Shown here piece after piece: positions 29,077-39,049 of a stretch of 64,000 bases of DNA (position 1 is its first letter; each line of letters opens with the position of its first letter). Origin of the DNA: an uncultured Spirochaetota bacterium (GTDB lineage: Bacteria > Spirochaetota > Brevinematia > Brevinematales > JAOACQ01); assembly GCA_963768055.1 (NCBI GenBank), contig CAVYGN010000001.1, forward strand, positions 1,736,867-1,800,866, written 5' to 3'. Made by a program: the position numbers and the translations under genes. A model generated the notes under the pieces. The model had not been told where the DNA came from and made no database searches. It saw nothing but the letters and a program-made list of their open reading frames with translations.

Positions 29077-31195
29077 ATGCGCATCCTTCTTTTAAACATA
29101 CAGTTTTTTGCCTTCCCTTTTCCTTCTGGCTGAAAAGGGCGCTTCCGCAAACCGGACAGGACAACACCCTTCCCTCAGATTCAGCCGGCTTTAAAAAACT
29201 GGTAAAATCGCATGACGGATAGTTAGTGCAGCCGTAAAAGGCCCGCTTTTGCCGGCCCCTCTTCTGAACAACGTATCCGGTGCCGCACTTAGGACATTTA
29301 CCCAGGGGCAGAGGTTTGGCATTTTTACAATCGGGCCAGCCTGAGCATGCAAGAAACAATCCGAATTTCCCAAGTTTTTTGACCATTTTCCTGCCGCATT
29401 TTTCACATATAAAATCCGTTTCTTCGTCGAAAGTTCCCTTTATACTGTCTATATTTTCATAGGCTTTAGAGAGGACCGGCCTGAACGTGCTGTAAAAATC
29501 ACCAACGACATTTTTCCACATTTTTTTCCCTTCTTCGACCTCGTCGAGTTCCTCTTCCATTTCAGCCGTAAAATTTGTATTGATAAGCTCGGGAAAATTA
29601 TCGACCAGGAGCTTGTTGACGGAGGACCCCAGGACTGTCGGAATAAGCGTTCTGCCCTCCTTTTTAACATAATAACGCTTGGTAAGCGTGAATATCGTCG
29701 GGGCGTATGTTGAAGGCCTGCCGATCCCCAATTCCTCCATGGCTTTAACAATAGAGGCTTCCGAATACCTCGCGGGAGGTTCAGTAAATTTCTGCTCTTT
29801 TTTTATCTCGACAATATCAAGACGGTCATTTATAGATAGGTTTTGCGGAAGCTCTTTTTCCTTTGCGCCCCTTTCGCTAACCTTCAAAAATCCGTCGAAA
29901 ACAATTTTTGAACAGCCCGCAGTAAGTATCTTGTTGCCGTTGGCGATTTCCACCGTACTCTGTTCAGATCTGGACGGGCTCATCTGGCTCGCAGTAAACC
30001 TTTTCCAGATTAGAGAATAAAGCTTATACTGGTCATTGGTCAGGTGGTCTTTGACCTGGTCGGGATGATTATAAATATGCGAGGGCCTTATTGCTTCATG
30101 AGCGTCCTGGGAGCTCTTTTTGTTTGTAAAATAATTCGGATTTCCCGGAAGATAGCTCTCCCCGAATTGTTCTTTAATATATTTCCTTACTTCTTCGAGA
30201 GCAACCGGCGAAATTCTCGTTGAATCCGTTCTCATATATGTAATCAAACCGGTTCTGGACTTTCCAAGATCGATTCCCTCATACAGCTGCTGGGCCAGAA
30301 TCATTGTTTTCATAGAAGTAAAGCCGAAAAGGTTGTTAGCGGCCTGCTGAAGGGTGCTTGTAATTAAAGGCGGATACGGAGAACGGGTAACCGTTTTTTT
30401 CTTGAAATCTTTAATGATTGAAACATTTTCAAGGAGTTCATTTTCGATTTTTTTAGCCCTTTCTCCGTCTTTAATCTCGGCCTTTTTCCCGTCTATTTTA
30501 GTCAACGCAGCTGTAAATTTTTCCTTATCTTTTTTGAAATCTACATCGATTTCCCAGTATTCGCCGGGTATAAATTTTTCTATCTCGCTTTCCCTTTCAC
30601 AGATGAGTCTCAACGCCACTGATTGCACCCTGCCCGCAGATAGCTTGGATTTGACTTTTTTCCATAGAAGCGGGGAAAGCTCGTAACCGAATATACGGTC
30701 TATCACTCTTCTCCCCTGCTGGGAATCTACAAGTTTCAAGTCTATGTTTTCAGGGTGCCGGATCCTTTCTTCGATCTCCTCGACGGTAATCTCATTAAAT
30801 TTAACCCGCTTTATCGGGACATTCCTGTCTTTAATCTTCGGGATTACGTTCTTTTCAAAATCATTTTTAATATGCCATGCGATAGCCTCGCCCTCCCTGT
30901 CAGGGTCGGACGCCAGGATAACCTCGCTTGCTGACCTTGCAGATTCCCTTAATTCCTTGATGATTTTGTATTTATCACGCATTATTATATAATCCGGATC
31001 GAATGTATCGAGGTTGACGCCCATTCTCGACCTTGGAAGATCTATCACATGACCTACAGAGGCCTTCACCTCGTAATCCTTGCCAAGGTATTTTTTTATA
31101 GTTGAGGCTTTTGAAGGCGATTCGACTATCACCAGTTTTTTCAACTTTTCTTTTTTTACAGTTTTGTTTTTATTTGCAGGCTTGTTTGCCATCAT
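29057..31195 (-). CDS. topA: DNA topoisomerase I
   Basis: LVIVESPSKA, SDPDREGEAI, SAGRVQS, LITYMRTDS, DAHEAIRP and GIGRPSTY motifs, plus C-terminal zinc ribbons. Confidence 0.98.
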   Translation of the reverse strand: MMANKPANKNKTVKKEKLKKLVIVESPSKASTIKKYLGKDYEVKASVGHVIDLPRSRMGVNLDTFDPDYIIMRDKYKIIKELRESARSASEVILASDPDREGEAIAWHIKNDFEKNVIPKIKDRNVPIKRVKFNEITVEEIEERIRHPENIDLKLVDSQQGRRVIDRIFGYELSPLLWKKVKSKLSAGRVQSVALRLICERESEIEKFIPGEYWEIDVDFKKDKEKFTAALTKIDGKKAEIKDGERAKKIENELLENVSIIKDFKKKTVTRSPYPPLITSTLQQAANNLFGFTSMKTMILAQQLYEGIDLGKSRTGLITYMRTDSTRISPVALEEVRKYIKEQFGESYLPGNPNYFTNKKSSQDAHEAIRPSHIYNHPDQVKDHLTNDQYKLYSLIWKRFTASQMSPSRSEQSTVEIANGNKILTAGCSKIVFDGFLKVSERGAKEKELPQNLSINDRLDIVEIKKEQKFTEPPARYSEASIVKAMEELGIGRPSTYAPTIFTLTKRYYVKKEGRTLIPTVLGSSVNKLLVDNFPELINTNFTAEMEEELDEVEEGKKMWKNVVGDFYSTFRPVLSKAYENIDSIKGTFDEETDFICEKCGRKMVKKLGKFGLFLACSGWPDCKNAKPLPLGKCPKCGTGYVVQKRGRQKRAFYGCTNYPSCDFTSFLKPAESEGRVLSCPVCGSALFSQKEKGRQKTVCLKEGCAYESKFI

Positions 31196-31468
31196 TTATT
31201 CCTTAGTAATGAATTACAATCTATTATTTTAACAGAATAAGAAAGAAACTCAAATTATTGCCGCTTTATTGATTTTTAAACCTTCGCCCGGATGCGGCCC
31301 CTGGTATAAATTTTATCAATATTAAAAGAGGGTTCATTAAAAATGTCAAATAGAAATGATTGTCAAATGGCGATTTGTATATTTTTGACTATAATCTCTT
31401 AATTCGGTAAAATATTGACCGGCGGTGATAGTCCACCGAAAGAATTCCGCCGTAAAGGAGCATAAATT

Positions 31469-32269
31469 ATGGATTGGGGAATGAAGAACAGGCTTTCAAA
31501 GCTTTTTAAGCCGGATGGCCACTGTTTTTTTATGCCGATAGATCACGGCTATTTTCAGGGACCTACACACGGCCTGGAAAAACCCGGAGAGACTATCAAG
31601 CCTCTTCTCAAATACTGCGATGCTTTGTTCTGCACACGCGGCGTACTGCGGGCTTGTGTCGATCCTGAAAACAGTCTTCCTATCATCCTCCGAGTTTCCG
31701 GCTGCACCAGTATTGTAGGAAAAGATCTGGCCAACGAATCCCTGACTACCTCAATTGAAGATGTAATCCGCCTCAATGCTTCGGCTGTCGGCATTTCTGT
31801 ATTTGTGGGTAGCGTTTATGAAAAGGAAACACTCGAAAATTTAAGCGATATGGTCAATATGGGCGAGGATTACGGGATCCCTGTAATGGCGGTAACGGCA
31901 GTCGGTAAGGAGATTGAAAAGAGGGAATCGCGTTATCTCAGCCTGGCTTGCCGCATAGCAGCAGAACTGGGCGCTAAGGTCGTAAAAACTTACTGGTGTG
32001 AAGAGGGCTTCGATAAAGTTGTTGAAGGGTGCCCTGTCCCGGTCGTTATGGCCGGCGGCCCCAAATGTGAAAAAGATATCGAAGTAATGGAATTTGTATG
32101 GGATGGCATTCAGAAAGGGGCTGTGGGAATTAACCTTGGCCGGAACGTCTGGCAGGGAAAACACCCGGTGGCAATGGCAAAAGCGCTGCAGGCCATTATT
32201 CATAAGAAAGCAACCGTCAGCGAGGCAATGGATATTTTTAATGACGCTATCAAAACTTCAGGAAAATAA
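31469..32269 (+). CDS. lsrF: LsrF-like 3-hydroxy-5-phosphonooxypentane-2,4-dione thiolase (DhnA aldolase fold)
   Basis: MDWGMKNRL, DHGYFQGPT, VMAVTAVGK, AELGA-x-x-VKTY and AGGPK motifs. Confidence 0.85.
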   Translation: MDWGMKNRLSKLFKPDGHCFFMPIDHGYFQGPTHGLEKPGETIKPLLKYCDALFCTRGVLRACVDPENSLPIILRVSGCTSIVGKDLANESLTTSIEDVIRLNASAVGISVFVGSVYEKETLENLSDMVNMGEDYGIPVMAVTAVGKEIEKRESRYLSLACRIAAELGAKVVKTYWCEEGFDKVVEGCPVPVVMAGGPKCEKDIEVMEFVWDGIQKGAVGINLGRNVWQGKHPVAMAKALQAIIHKKATVSEAMDIFNDAIKTSGK

Positions 32270-32271
32270 AC

Positions 32272-33300
32272 ATGAAAGTTGCGGTTTATTATAATAACAA
32301 AGACGTGAGGATTGAAGAACGGCCTATACCAAAGATCGGGCCGGACGAGTTGCTGGTCAAAGTTATGGCAAGCGGCATCTGCGGCAGCGACGTCCTGGAA
32401 TGGTACCGCATCAAAAAAGCACCGATTGTTCTGGGGCATGAGATTTCAGGAATTATCATCGAAACCGGCAGCCGGATAACAAAATATAAAACGGGCGACC
32501 GTGTTTTTGTATCTCATCACATACCCTGTAATACATGTCATTACTGTCTTTCCGGTCATCACACGGCATGCCTTACATTGCAAACAACGAACTTCGATCC
32601 CGGAGGTTTTTCAGAATACATTCGAGTGCCGGCGCTGAATGCCGACCGCGGCGTATTTATCCTGCCGGATGAGATATCGTTCCAGGAAGGGACCTTTATT
32701 GAACCGCTTGCATGTGTTTTACGGGGACAGCGCATCGCCGGCCTTAAGCCGGGACAAACTGTTCTGGTCCTGGGAAGCGGTATTTCCGGCCTCCTGCATA
32801 TTATGCTGGCAAAAGCTTACGGCGCGGGCCGCATAATCGCGACCGACATCAGTGAATACCGCATTAATGCCGCAAAGAAAAGCGGCGCAGATATCGTACT
32901 GAACGCAAAAGAAGACATCCCTTCGTCCGTAAAGCGGTTAAACGACGGCAGGCTCGCAGACCTTGTCATTATATGCACCGGTGCTTACTCCGCCTTTGCC
33001 CAGGCATTAAAGAGCGTGGATGCCGGGGGAACGGTCCTTTTTTTTGCCGCGACTGAACCCGGAGTTGAACTTCCTGTCCCTGTTAATGATTTCTGGCGAA
33101 ACAGCATCACCCTGCTGCCCTCTTACGGCAACAGCCCCTACGATGCTACGGTTGCTATAAGCTTGCTGCGGAACAAACGGCTGCCTGTTCAGGAACTCAT
33201 CACGCACGAACTTCCCTTAGATGACGCACAGAAAGGCTTTTCAATGGTTTCTGCATCGAACGAGTCGATCAAAGTTATACTGAAGCCCGATGCCCGTTGA
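32272..33300 (+). CDS. Zinc-dependent alcohol/polyol dehydrogenase (MDR family)
   Basis: GICGSD, GHE, CNTCHYC...C, EPLAC and GSGISG motifs. Confidence 0.9.
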   Translation: MKVAVYYNNKDVRIEERPIPKIGPDELLVKVMASGICGSDVLEWYRIKKAPIVLGHEISGIIIETGSRITKYKTGDRVFVSHHIPCNTCHYCLSGHHTACLTLQTTNFDPGGFSEYIRVPALNADRGVFILPDEISFQEGTFIEPLACVLRGQRIAGLKPGQTVLVLGSGISGLLHIMLAKAYGAGRIIATDISEYRINAAKKSGADIVLNAKEDIPSSVKRLNDGRLADLVIICTGAYSAFAQALKSVDAGGTVLFFAATEPGVELPVPVNDFWRNSITLLPSYGNSPYDATVAISLLRNKRLPVQELITHELPLDDAQKGFSMVSASNESIKVILKPDAR

Positions 33301-34204
33301 TTTTGTAAACAATCTGTATTTATTTAAAAACCGGGATGGAAAAGAAAGATATTACAGGAATTATAACCAGACCCTGAAGCAATGGCCGGTTCCATTCGAT
33401 GAACATTATGTAAAAACATCATTTGGGGATACTTATATTATTGAATGCGGAAAGAAAAAAGGGGAGCCGGTAGTATTCATGCATGGGTTGATGGACAGTT
33501 CCGCGACATGGTTTTCAAATGTAGAGGGATTAGGCAAGCACTATCGTCTGATTTTAATTGACAGCATTATGGATACCGGTAAAAGCAGGCCTGTCAGGCT
33601 TCCTCTGAATATCAAAGAATTGACAGACTGGTTCTCCGAAGTTATAGGGTTTTTGAATGTCCGGAAGGCTCATCTTGTCGGGCATTCGATCGGTGGTTTC
33701 GTTTCCTTCCATATAGCCCGCAGAATTCCTGAAAGGATAAATAAATTGATCCTGCTTGCCCCGACCGGGGTTTTCAGTAATATCAGCCTTAAATATATAA
33801 TCAAAGCCGGTTTGAGGACCATTTTATTTCCAGGCCCCAAAGCGATAGATAAAATAATTAACCTTAGCCTTGCCCCCGCGAATTCCAGCCTTGCCGGCCA
33901 TCCTGTACTGAAGCTGTCCAGGTCCGCCGCCCTTAACTCGAAATTCAGATCCCGCATCATACCCCTTTTTTCAGGAGTAAAAAAATACGAAAAGCCTGTT
34001 CTGCTCCTCCTGGGAGAGTATGACTGGCTTTTCAACATGAAAAAAACAGTAAATAATGCGGAAAAGAATATGGCTTATATTAAGATTGAAATTATTAATG
34101 GTGCCGGTCATATGCTTCATTTTGAAAAAAACGCGACGGTGAATGCGGCTATTTTGAATTTTCTTGACACGTTACAAACGCCCTTTTGCGGCAATTCCCT
34201 ATAG
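33290..34204 (+). CDS. Alpha/beta-fold hydrolase
   Basis: FMHGL, GHSIGG, GEYD and GAGH motifs. Confidence 0.88.
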   Translation: MPVDFVNNLYLFKNRDGKERYYRNYNQTLKQWPVPFDEHYVKTSFGDTYIIECGKKKGEPVVFMHGLMDSSATWFSNVEGLGKHYRLILIDSIMDTGKSRPVRLPLNIKELTDWFSEVIGFLNVRKAHLVGHSIGGFVSFHIARRIPERINKLILLAPTGVFSNISLKYIIKAGLRTILFPGPKAIDKIINLSLAPANSSLAGHPVLKLSRSAALNSKFRSRIIPLFSGVKKYEKPVLLLLGEYDWLFNMKKTVNNAEKNMAYIKIEIINGAGHMLHFEKNATVNAAILNFLDTLQTPFCGNSL

Positions 34205-34246
34205 CGCACAATCAGTTGTTTCAACTTTTAGAGGTAATTATTATCA

Positions 34247-35596
34247 ATGAGTTCATCTCCGGAATTTGAGGACAGGACCCGGATCCCGTTATCGCAATTG
34301 GTACTGCCGATGTTTATTGAAAACGTTATCAGGACATCCCTGATGAGCGTAGACCGGTTGATGCTCTATTCGTATTCTGAAAAGGCGGTAGCGGCGCTGG
34401 GTGTAGTAAACCAGATGGCGTTTTTCATACAGATCATCTACATGATGGTTGCCATCGGAGCCAGCATTCATATTTCCCAGAATCTCGGGGCCAATAAAAA
34501 GTACGAGGCGGGAATGTTCAGCCTGGCAAGTTTTGTACTGATAGGTGTTTTCTCTATAACCCTCAGCCTTCTTATCGTCATTTTCTCTTCAACAATATTG
34601 AACTTGTTTCCTCTTGAAAAAGAGGTAAGAATATACGCCGGCCAGTTTCTTTCCATCTATGGCGGCGGATCTTTTTTCATGGCTTTAAATATAGTACAGG
34701 CAAGTATACTCAGGTCGTACGGCCATTCGCGGGACCCGATGGCCGTCAATATCTTCGCTCTCTTATTCACTATTTCAGGCAACGCCTTGTGCCTCTTCGG
34801 GCCTTTCGGGTTTCCGGTATTCGGAGTGCCGGGTGTCGCAACAGTCACTGTCCTGAGCCAGTTCCTTGCATTATGGATCATGGGCGCTCAGATTTTGAAG
34901 CGCAGGGATATTGAAATCCCGCTGAGGCAAATCTTCAGGATCCCGGGAATCTTTTTTTCAAAGATTTTAACAGTCGGCGTTCCTACCGCAGGGGAAAATC
35001 TCTCCTACAATATCGGACAAATTTTAATAATACGGATTATCGCAGGGCTCGGCACGGCTGCTCTCGCAGCTTACAGTCTGGTAATAACACTGTCCAGGTA
35101 CGTATTTATTTCCGGGGTTTCAATCGGAACCGGCACTCAGATCAAGGTCGGTTATTATGTCGGCTCTAACAGGCATGACGAGGCCCACCGCAAGGTTTAC
35201 CGTTACTTCGCTTTCGGCATTACCATCAGTGCCGCGGCCATTATTATATTGAATTTGTTCAAAACTCCAATTATCGGACTATTCACGAAGAACCCTGAAA
35301 TAACGGCAATCGCGTCTTCCGTATTTTTAGTCAGCCTGGCCCTTGAGCCCGGCAGGAATTTCAACACAATTATCATACCGGGCCTTAAAGGTGCCGGCGA
35401 CGTCCGGTTCCCGGTATTTGTCGGCATGCTTTTCATGTAGGGCATCGGCGTCGGGGGTGCATACCTTCTCGGCATTTATTTCGGATTGGGACTCATCGGG
35501 ATCTGGATCGCTATGACTGCGGACGAATGGACGCGCGGAATCATTATGCTGTTCCGCTGGAGATCCGGCGCCTGGAGAAAAAAGGGCATTGTATAG
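34247..35596 (+). pseudogene. MATE-family efflux transporter with an in-frame TAG at 35438-35440
   Basis: MATE motifs throughout. The frame continues GIGVGGAYLLG...GIWIAMTADEWTRG...RWRSGAW to TAG 35596. Confidence 0.8.
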
Positions 35597-35599
35597 AAT

Positions 35600-36340
35600 T
35601 TATCTATAAGAATGCAATCCGGATAATAAAAAAGTTACGCCGAAGTAGTTGAACAGCATTGTCAGGGCGGCAGCGTAAATGAAAGCGCGGCGCAGGAAGA
35701 TTTTCCCGGCGTGCCTTTCCAGGATCAGCAGGATCAATGTAAAGAGGGCCCAGGTTTCTTTCGGGTCCCAGCTCCAGAAAGTCCCCCAGGAAAGCTGCGC
35801 CCAGAACCCTCCCGTTATTATCCCGAATGCGGTAAAATAAAAAGCCTGCTTCATTTCAGGTTCAAGATAATCTTCAGCCCTTTTTAAGCCTGCCTGGCCT
35901 AAGATTGTCAGGACAAGACCGATCGTAAGCGCCGCATAGCCGATGAATATTCCCGGCACATGGAACCATATCCAGAAAGATTCAAGCGCCGGGGGCCCCT
36001 CTCCCGCAATTTTCATTTCTTCAGGCATTAAAAAGGCTCCAGCCATTATTAAAACAGCGGGCACCAGGGCGAATGCCTTTATCTTTTCAGGAAAACGGGA
36101 CAGCAAAACGATCTTCACCGCATAGAGAAAAGCAAAAAAAACCATGGATTCGTACATTCCGGCGAAAGGGGCATGCCCTGCGGTAACTGCCCTTATGATT
36201 ATCCAGCAAACGAGGGATAAAATACCCGCATAGGCATAAAAAGAACTGCCGCGGATTTTAAAAAACAGATTTAATAAAATATAAAAAGCCAGCAAAACGC
36301 TGCCTGCGGAAAGCAGGAACGATTCAAGTACCAGCGTCAT
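35600..36340 (-). CDS. ccsA: Cytochrome c biogenesis protein CcsA/ResC (System II)
   Basis: WWD motif GGFWAQLSWGTFWSWDPKETWA, plus GHAPF-x-x-MYES, W-x-x-FHV and terminal GLHSY. Confidence 0.93.
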   Translation of the reverse strand: MTLVLESFLLSAGSVLLAFYILLNLFFKIRGSSFYAYAGILSLVCWIIIRAVTAGHAPFAGMYESMVFFAFLYAVKIVLLSRFPEKIKAFALVPAVLIMAGAFLMPEEMKIAGEGPPALESFWIWFHVPGIFIGYAALTIGLVLTILGQAGLKRAEDYLEPEMKQAFYFTAFGIITGGFWAQLSWGTFWSWDPKETWALFTLILLILERHAGKIFLRRAFIYAAALTMLFNYFGVTFLLSGLHSYR

Positions 36341-37047
36341 TTTTTCATACCTTCATCGCAGTCTGTATACTGACGGGGATAAAAAATAAAAACACCCGTT
36401 AAAAGGAGGAAAATTACCGAAAATACACCCAGGGACAGTAAAAAGGGGGAACTGACAAACCTCAGGACGCTTACAGTCCTGTAATTGTTTCTAATTATTC
36501 TGAAACCGTATTGCCGCAGGAGGGGAATATCGACGGACTTTTCATCGAAAAGGCCGCTGCTAAAAACCGCACCGGTTTTATCAGCCAGAACAAAATTGAA
36601 TATCATCCTTCCATTGATCCTTTCAAAGGGTTCAAATCTGAATATAAGCCCGTTTTCAGCGACAAGCTCCTCTTTCAAATCCGTCATATCAAAAGTACGG
36701 CCCCTGAAAGAAATCATCAAACTTTTAAATCCGAAATAATATCCTTTCTGATAGATATCCAATCCCTTAAACGAGGCCGGTTTATTGACCGATATTTCCG
36801 TGTAGGCGGAAGATCCTGGCGATAATATATCGATATCTGAAAAAATACAGGCCGTATTTCTCGAATTATTCGAAACTGTAAACAAACTCAGGCCGATTGT
36901 CGCAGGAACGCCCAATCCTGCAAGGCTGACCCTTTCACCCTCGCCTATTTCAATATCGACGGATTTTTGAGTGACCAATGCCAGAATAAAAAAAATAAAA
37001 AAAAGTAAGAAAGACCCATGTATCGCCCATAATTTTAAAGACTTCAT
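36337..37047 (-). CDS. Short ResB/CcsB-like cytochrome c biogenesis protein
   Basis: N-terminal TM with His (AIHGSF), the ResB hallmark ISVNKP-x-x-x-x-G-x-x-IYQ and a C-terminal TM. ATGA-coupled to ccsA. Confidence 0.75.
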   Translation of the reverse strand: MKSLKLWAIHGSFLLFFIFFILALVTQKSVDIEIGEGERVSLAGLGVPATIGLSLFTVSNNSRNTACIFSDIDILSPGSSAYTEISVNKPASFKGLDIYQKGYYFGFKSLMISFRGRTFDMTDLKEELVAENGLIFRFEPFERINGRMIFNFVLADKTGAVFSSGLFDEKSVDIPLLRQYGFRIIRNNYRTVSVLRFVSSPFLLSLGVFSVIFLLLTGVFIFYPRQYTDCDEGMKK

Positions 37048-38472
37048 CTAACGACCGGCCTTGAAGAACTTGATCTGATAGATATCCTGGGGCGTTTTTT
37101 TACCCTTTATTTTCCGGCCGGCCAGTATGTCGGCTTCCACCAGGTCCGGCACTGTCCTGTAAAAAGACTCCGTGGTCAGTATAGTGCCGGGCTTCGCCAT
37201 ATCACAGAGACGCGAAGCGACATTAACTGTGTCACCGATCACCGCGTACTCCCGGCGGTTTTTGCTGCCTATATTTCCCGCCAGCACTTCTCCGATATTG
37301 ATCCCTACGCCCACTTCGAGGCCCAGTTTAAGCGACTTGACCCTGTTGATAATTTCAAAAGCGCAATTTATCGCTGCCCTGCTGTCCTCGAATACGGCCA
37401 TTATCGCGTCCCCTATGAATTTATCCACGTCTCCGCCGCATTGCTCTACGGTCTCGGCCTGGGTTTCAAGGATCCTGTTAAGGTTTTCGATTACTTCCTC
37501 CTCCTTGTGGCTCTCGGTGTAAGCCGTGAATCCCCTGACATCCGAAAACAGGACGACTATATTTTTTCTTCTCTTGATCAGGGATAACTCACCGCCATTC
37601 TCGATCTGCGTCCTTGTAGATCCGGAAACATATTTTGAAAGTTTAAAACGCTCTTCAAGCCCCTTTATCATTATATTGATCCTCTGTGCCAGGCTGCCGA
37701 GTTCGTCCCTTCTTTTCAAATCGCACCTCGCGGTAAAATCTCCCTCCCCGAGGAGTTCTACCGCTTTGCCGATCTTCCTGATAGGGTTTATTACAAGGTT
37801 CCTGAAAAAAACGATCAGTACAAGGATCAGTATAACAGCGACCGATCCGAAGAATGCAATTATCAGGTCTCTCGCCCGGTCTATCTGTAGGTAAGTTTGG
37901 ACAAGCGACAACTTGTAACTTAAAACGCCCCTGAAGGGAAATTCGCTCCCATGGCACTTCATGCAATCCGACAGGTTAGTTATCGGGTAATAATATTCCA
38001 GTAGCTTCAGTTTTTCGTCAACATCCACCCTCCTGGTTTTACTTTTCAGCACGTCAGCCACATCGTCTTTGCCGTCCTCGATTTCGGCTTCAGTCCTCTT
38101 GTCCTGTATCCTGGGAGTTTCTTCGAAATAATAATTCGACTGGTGCGAATTTACATATTCTAGGGTTTTGTAATCGCTGAAAGCAAGCATGCCGTTTGTC
38201 CTGTATATAGAGATTTCCTTGTAATCCCCTTCATTCCTCAATTCCTCCATGCTTTTTACAAGAAGAGGGGCCTTGCCGTCCAGCATCATATTTCTGAGGA
38301 CTGTCGTAAGCGTTTCGGTGTTCAAGTTCAAACCCCGTTCAGCCTCGGCTATCAGGTTAGTCCTCTGCGTATAATACATAAAATATACTGTAAATATTCC
38401 GGTTATGAAGAGGACAGAGATTATCAGGGTTATTATCCTGAATTCAATCGATGAAAATCGCCCTGTTTTCAT
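37048..38472 (-). CDS. Membrane class III adenylate/guanylate cyclase with extracytoplasmic CxxCH heme-c sensor and HAMP domain
   Basis: TM, then a periplasmic domain with CMKCH (37951-37965), TM, HAMP (RDELGSLA), then LFSDVRGFT, DKFIGDAIM and IGDTVNVASRL. GGAGG RBS before ATG 38472. Confidence 0.9.
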   Translation of the reverse strand: MKTGRFSSIEFRIITLIISVLFITGIFTVYFMYYTQRTNLIAEAERGLNLNTETLTTVLRNMMLDGKAPLLVKSMEELRNEGDYKEISIYRTNGMLAFSDYKTLEYVNSHQSNYYFEETPRIQDKRTEAEIEDGKDDVADVLKSKTRRVDVDEKLKLLEYYYPITNLSDCMKCHGSEFPFRGVLSYKLSLVQTYLQIDRARDLIIAFFGSVAVILILVLIVFFRNLVINPIRKIGKAVELLGEGDFTARCDLKRRDELGSLAQRINIMIKGLEERFKLSKYVSGSTRTQIENGGELSLIKRRKNIVVLFSDVRGFTAYTESHKEEEVIENLNRILETQAETVEQCGGDVDKFIGDAIMAVFEDSRAAINCAFEIINRVKSLKLGLEVGVGINIGEVLAGNIGSKNRREYAVIGDTVNVASRLCDMAKPGTILTTESFYRTVPDLVEADILAGRKIKGKKTPQDIYQIKFFKAGR

Positions 38473-38694
38473 AGCGTCCTCCAGGATGATAAGAAAGTGC
38501 TCTAAAGTGATTATCAAATATAATTAAATTGCATACGATTTGTCAATAAATAAATTGCAACTTCGAGTAGCGGGTAAACGGTTTTTAGTTACAAATTTTA
38601 TTCTGGTAACTCGTTACTTGTTACTATCGACAAAAACATGCAAAATCCTGATGGGATATATATAATAATATTATGAATTGCAAGGAGGGTCTCT

Positions 38695-39024
38695 ATAATA
38701 AAAAAGTTGCTGATATCTATCCTTTTAATAATCCCCGTATTAACTTTTGTTTATCCCGCAGGGGCTGAAGAGACCTTTTTCAATGCCGCTGCCAAAGGCG
38801 ATGTTTTGTTTATTAAAAATTATAAAGGCAATGTTAACGCGGCGGATAAAAACGGTATGACGGCTTTGATGCTGGCGGCCCAAAACGGACGATCTGAAAC
38901 TGTTGAATTATTGATCACGGATAAGGCCGACGTTAATATCGCGGATAATAATGGTTATACGGTTTTATCGCTGACAAAATATCCTTCTATTATAAATCTT
39001 TTGAAAAAAGCCGGCGCAAAATAA
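38695..39024 (+). CDS. Secreted ankyrin-repeat protein (copy 1)
   Basis: Signal peptide; DKNGMTALMLAAQNG...ADVN. The RBS-spaced in-frame codon is ATA 38695, with an alternative TTG at 38707. Confidence 0.75.
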   Translation: MIKKLLISILLIIPVLTFVYPAGAEETFFNAAAKGDVLFIKNYKGNVNAADKNGMTALMLAAQNGRSETVELLITDKADVNIADNNGYTVLSLTKYPSIINLLKKAGAK

Positions 39025-39049
39025 TCTTTCCGCACAGGAGGAGTTTTCA

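Noticed and set aside
31400..31460. Complete FMN riboswitch
   Set aside because: P1 and the whole 3' half are missing, and the downstream genes are not flavin-related.
24485..35440. Alternative genetic code or pyrrolysine read-through suggested by in-frame TAA and TAG
   Set aside because: The two stops are different codons, TAA, TAG and TGA all end normal genes in this window, and no pyl or sel genes were seen.
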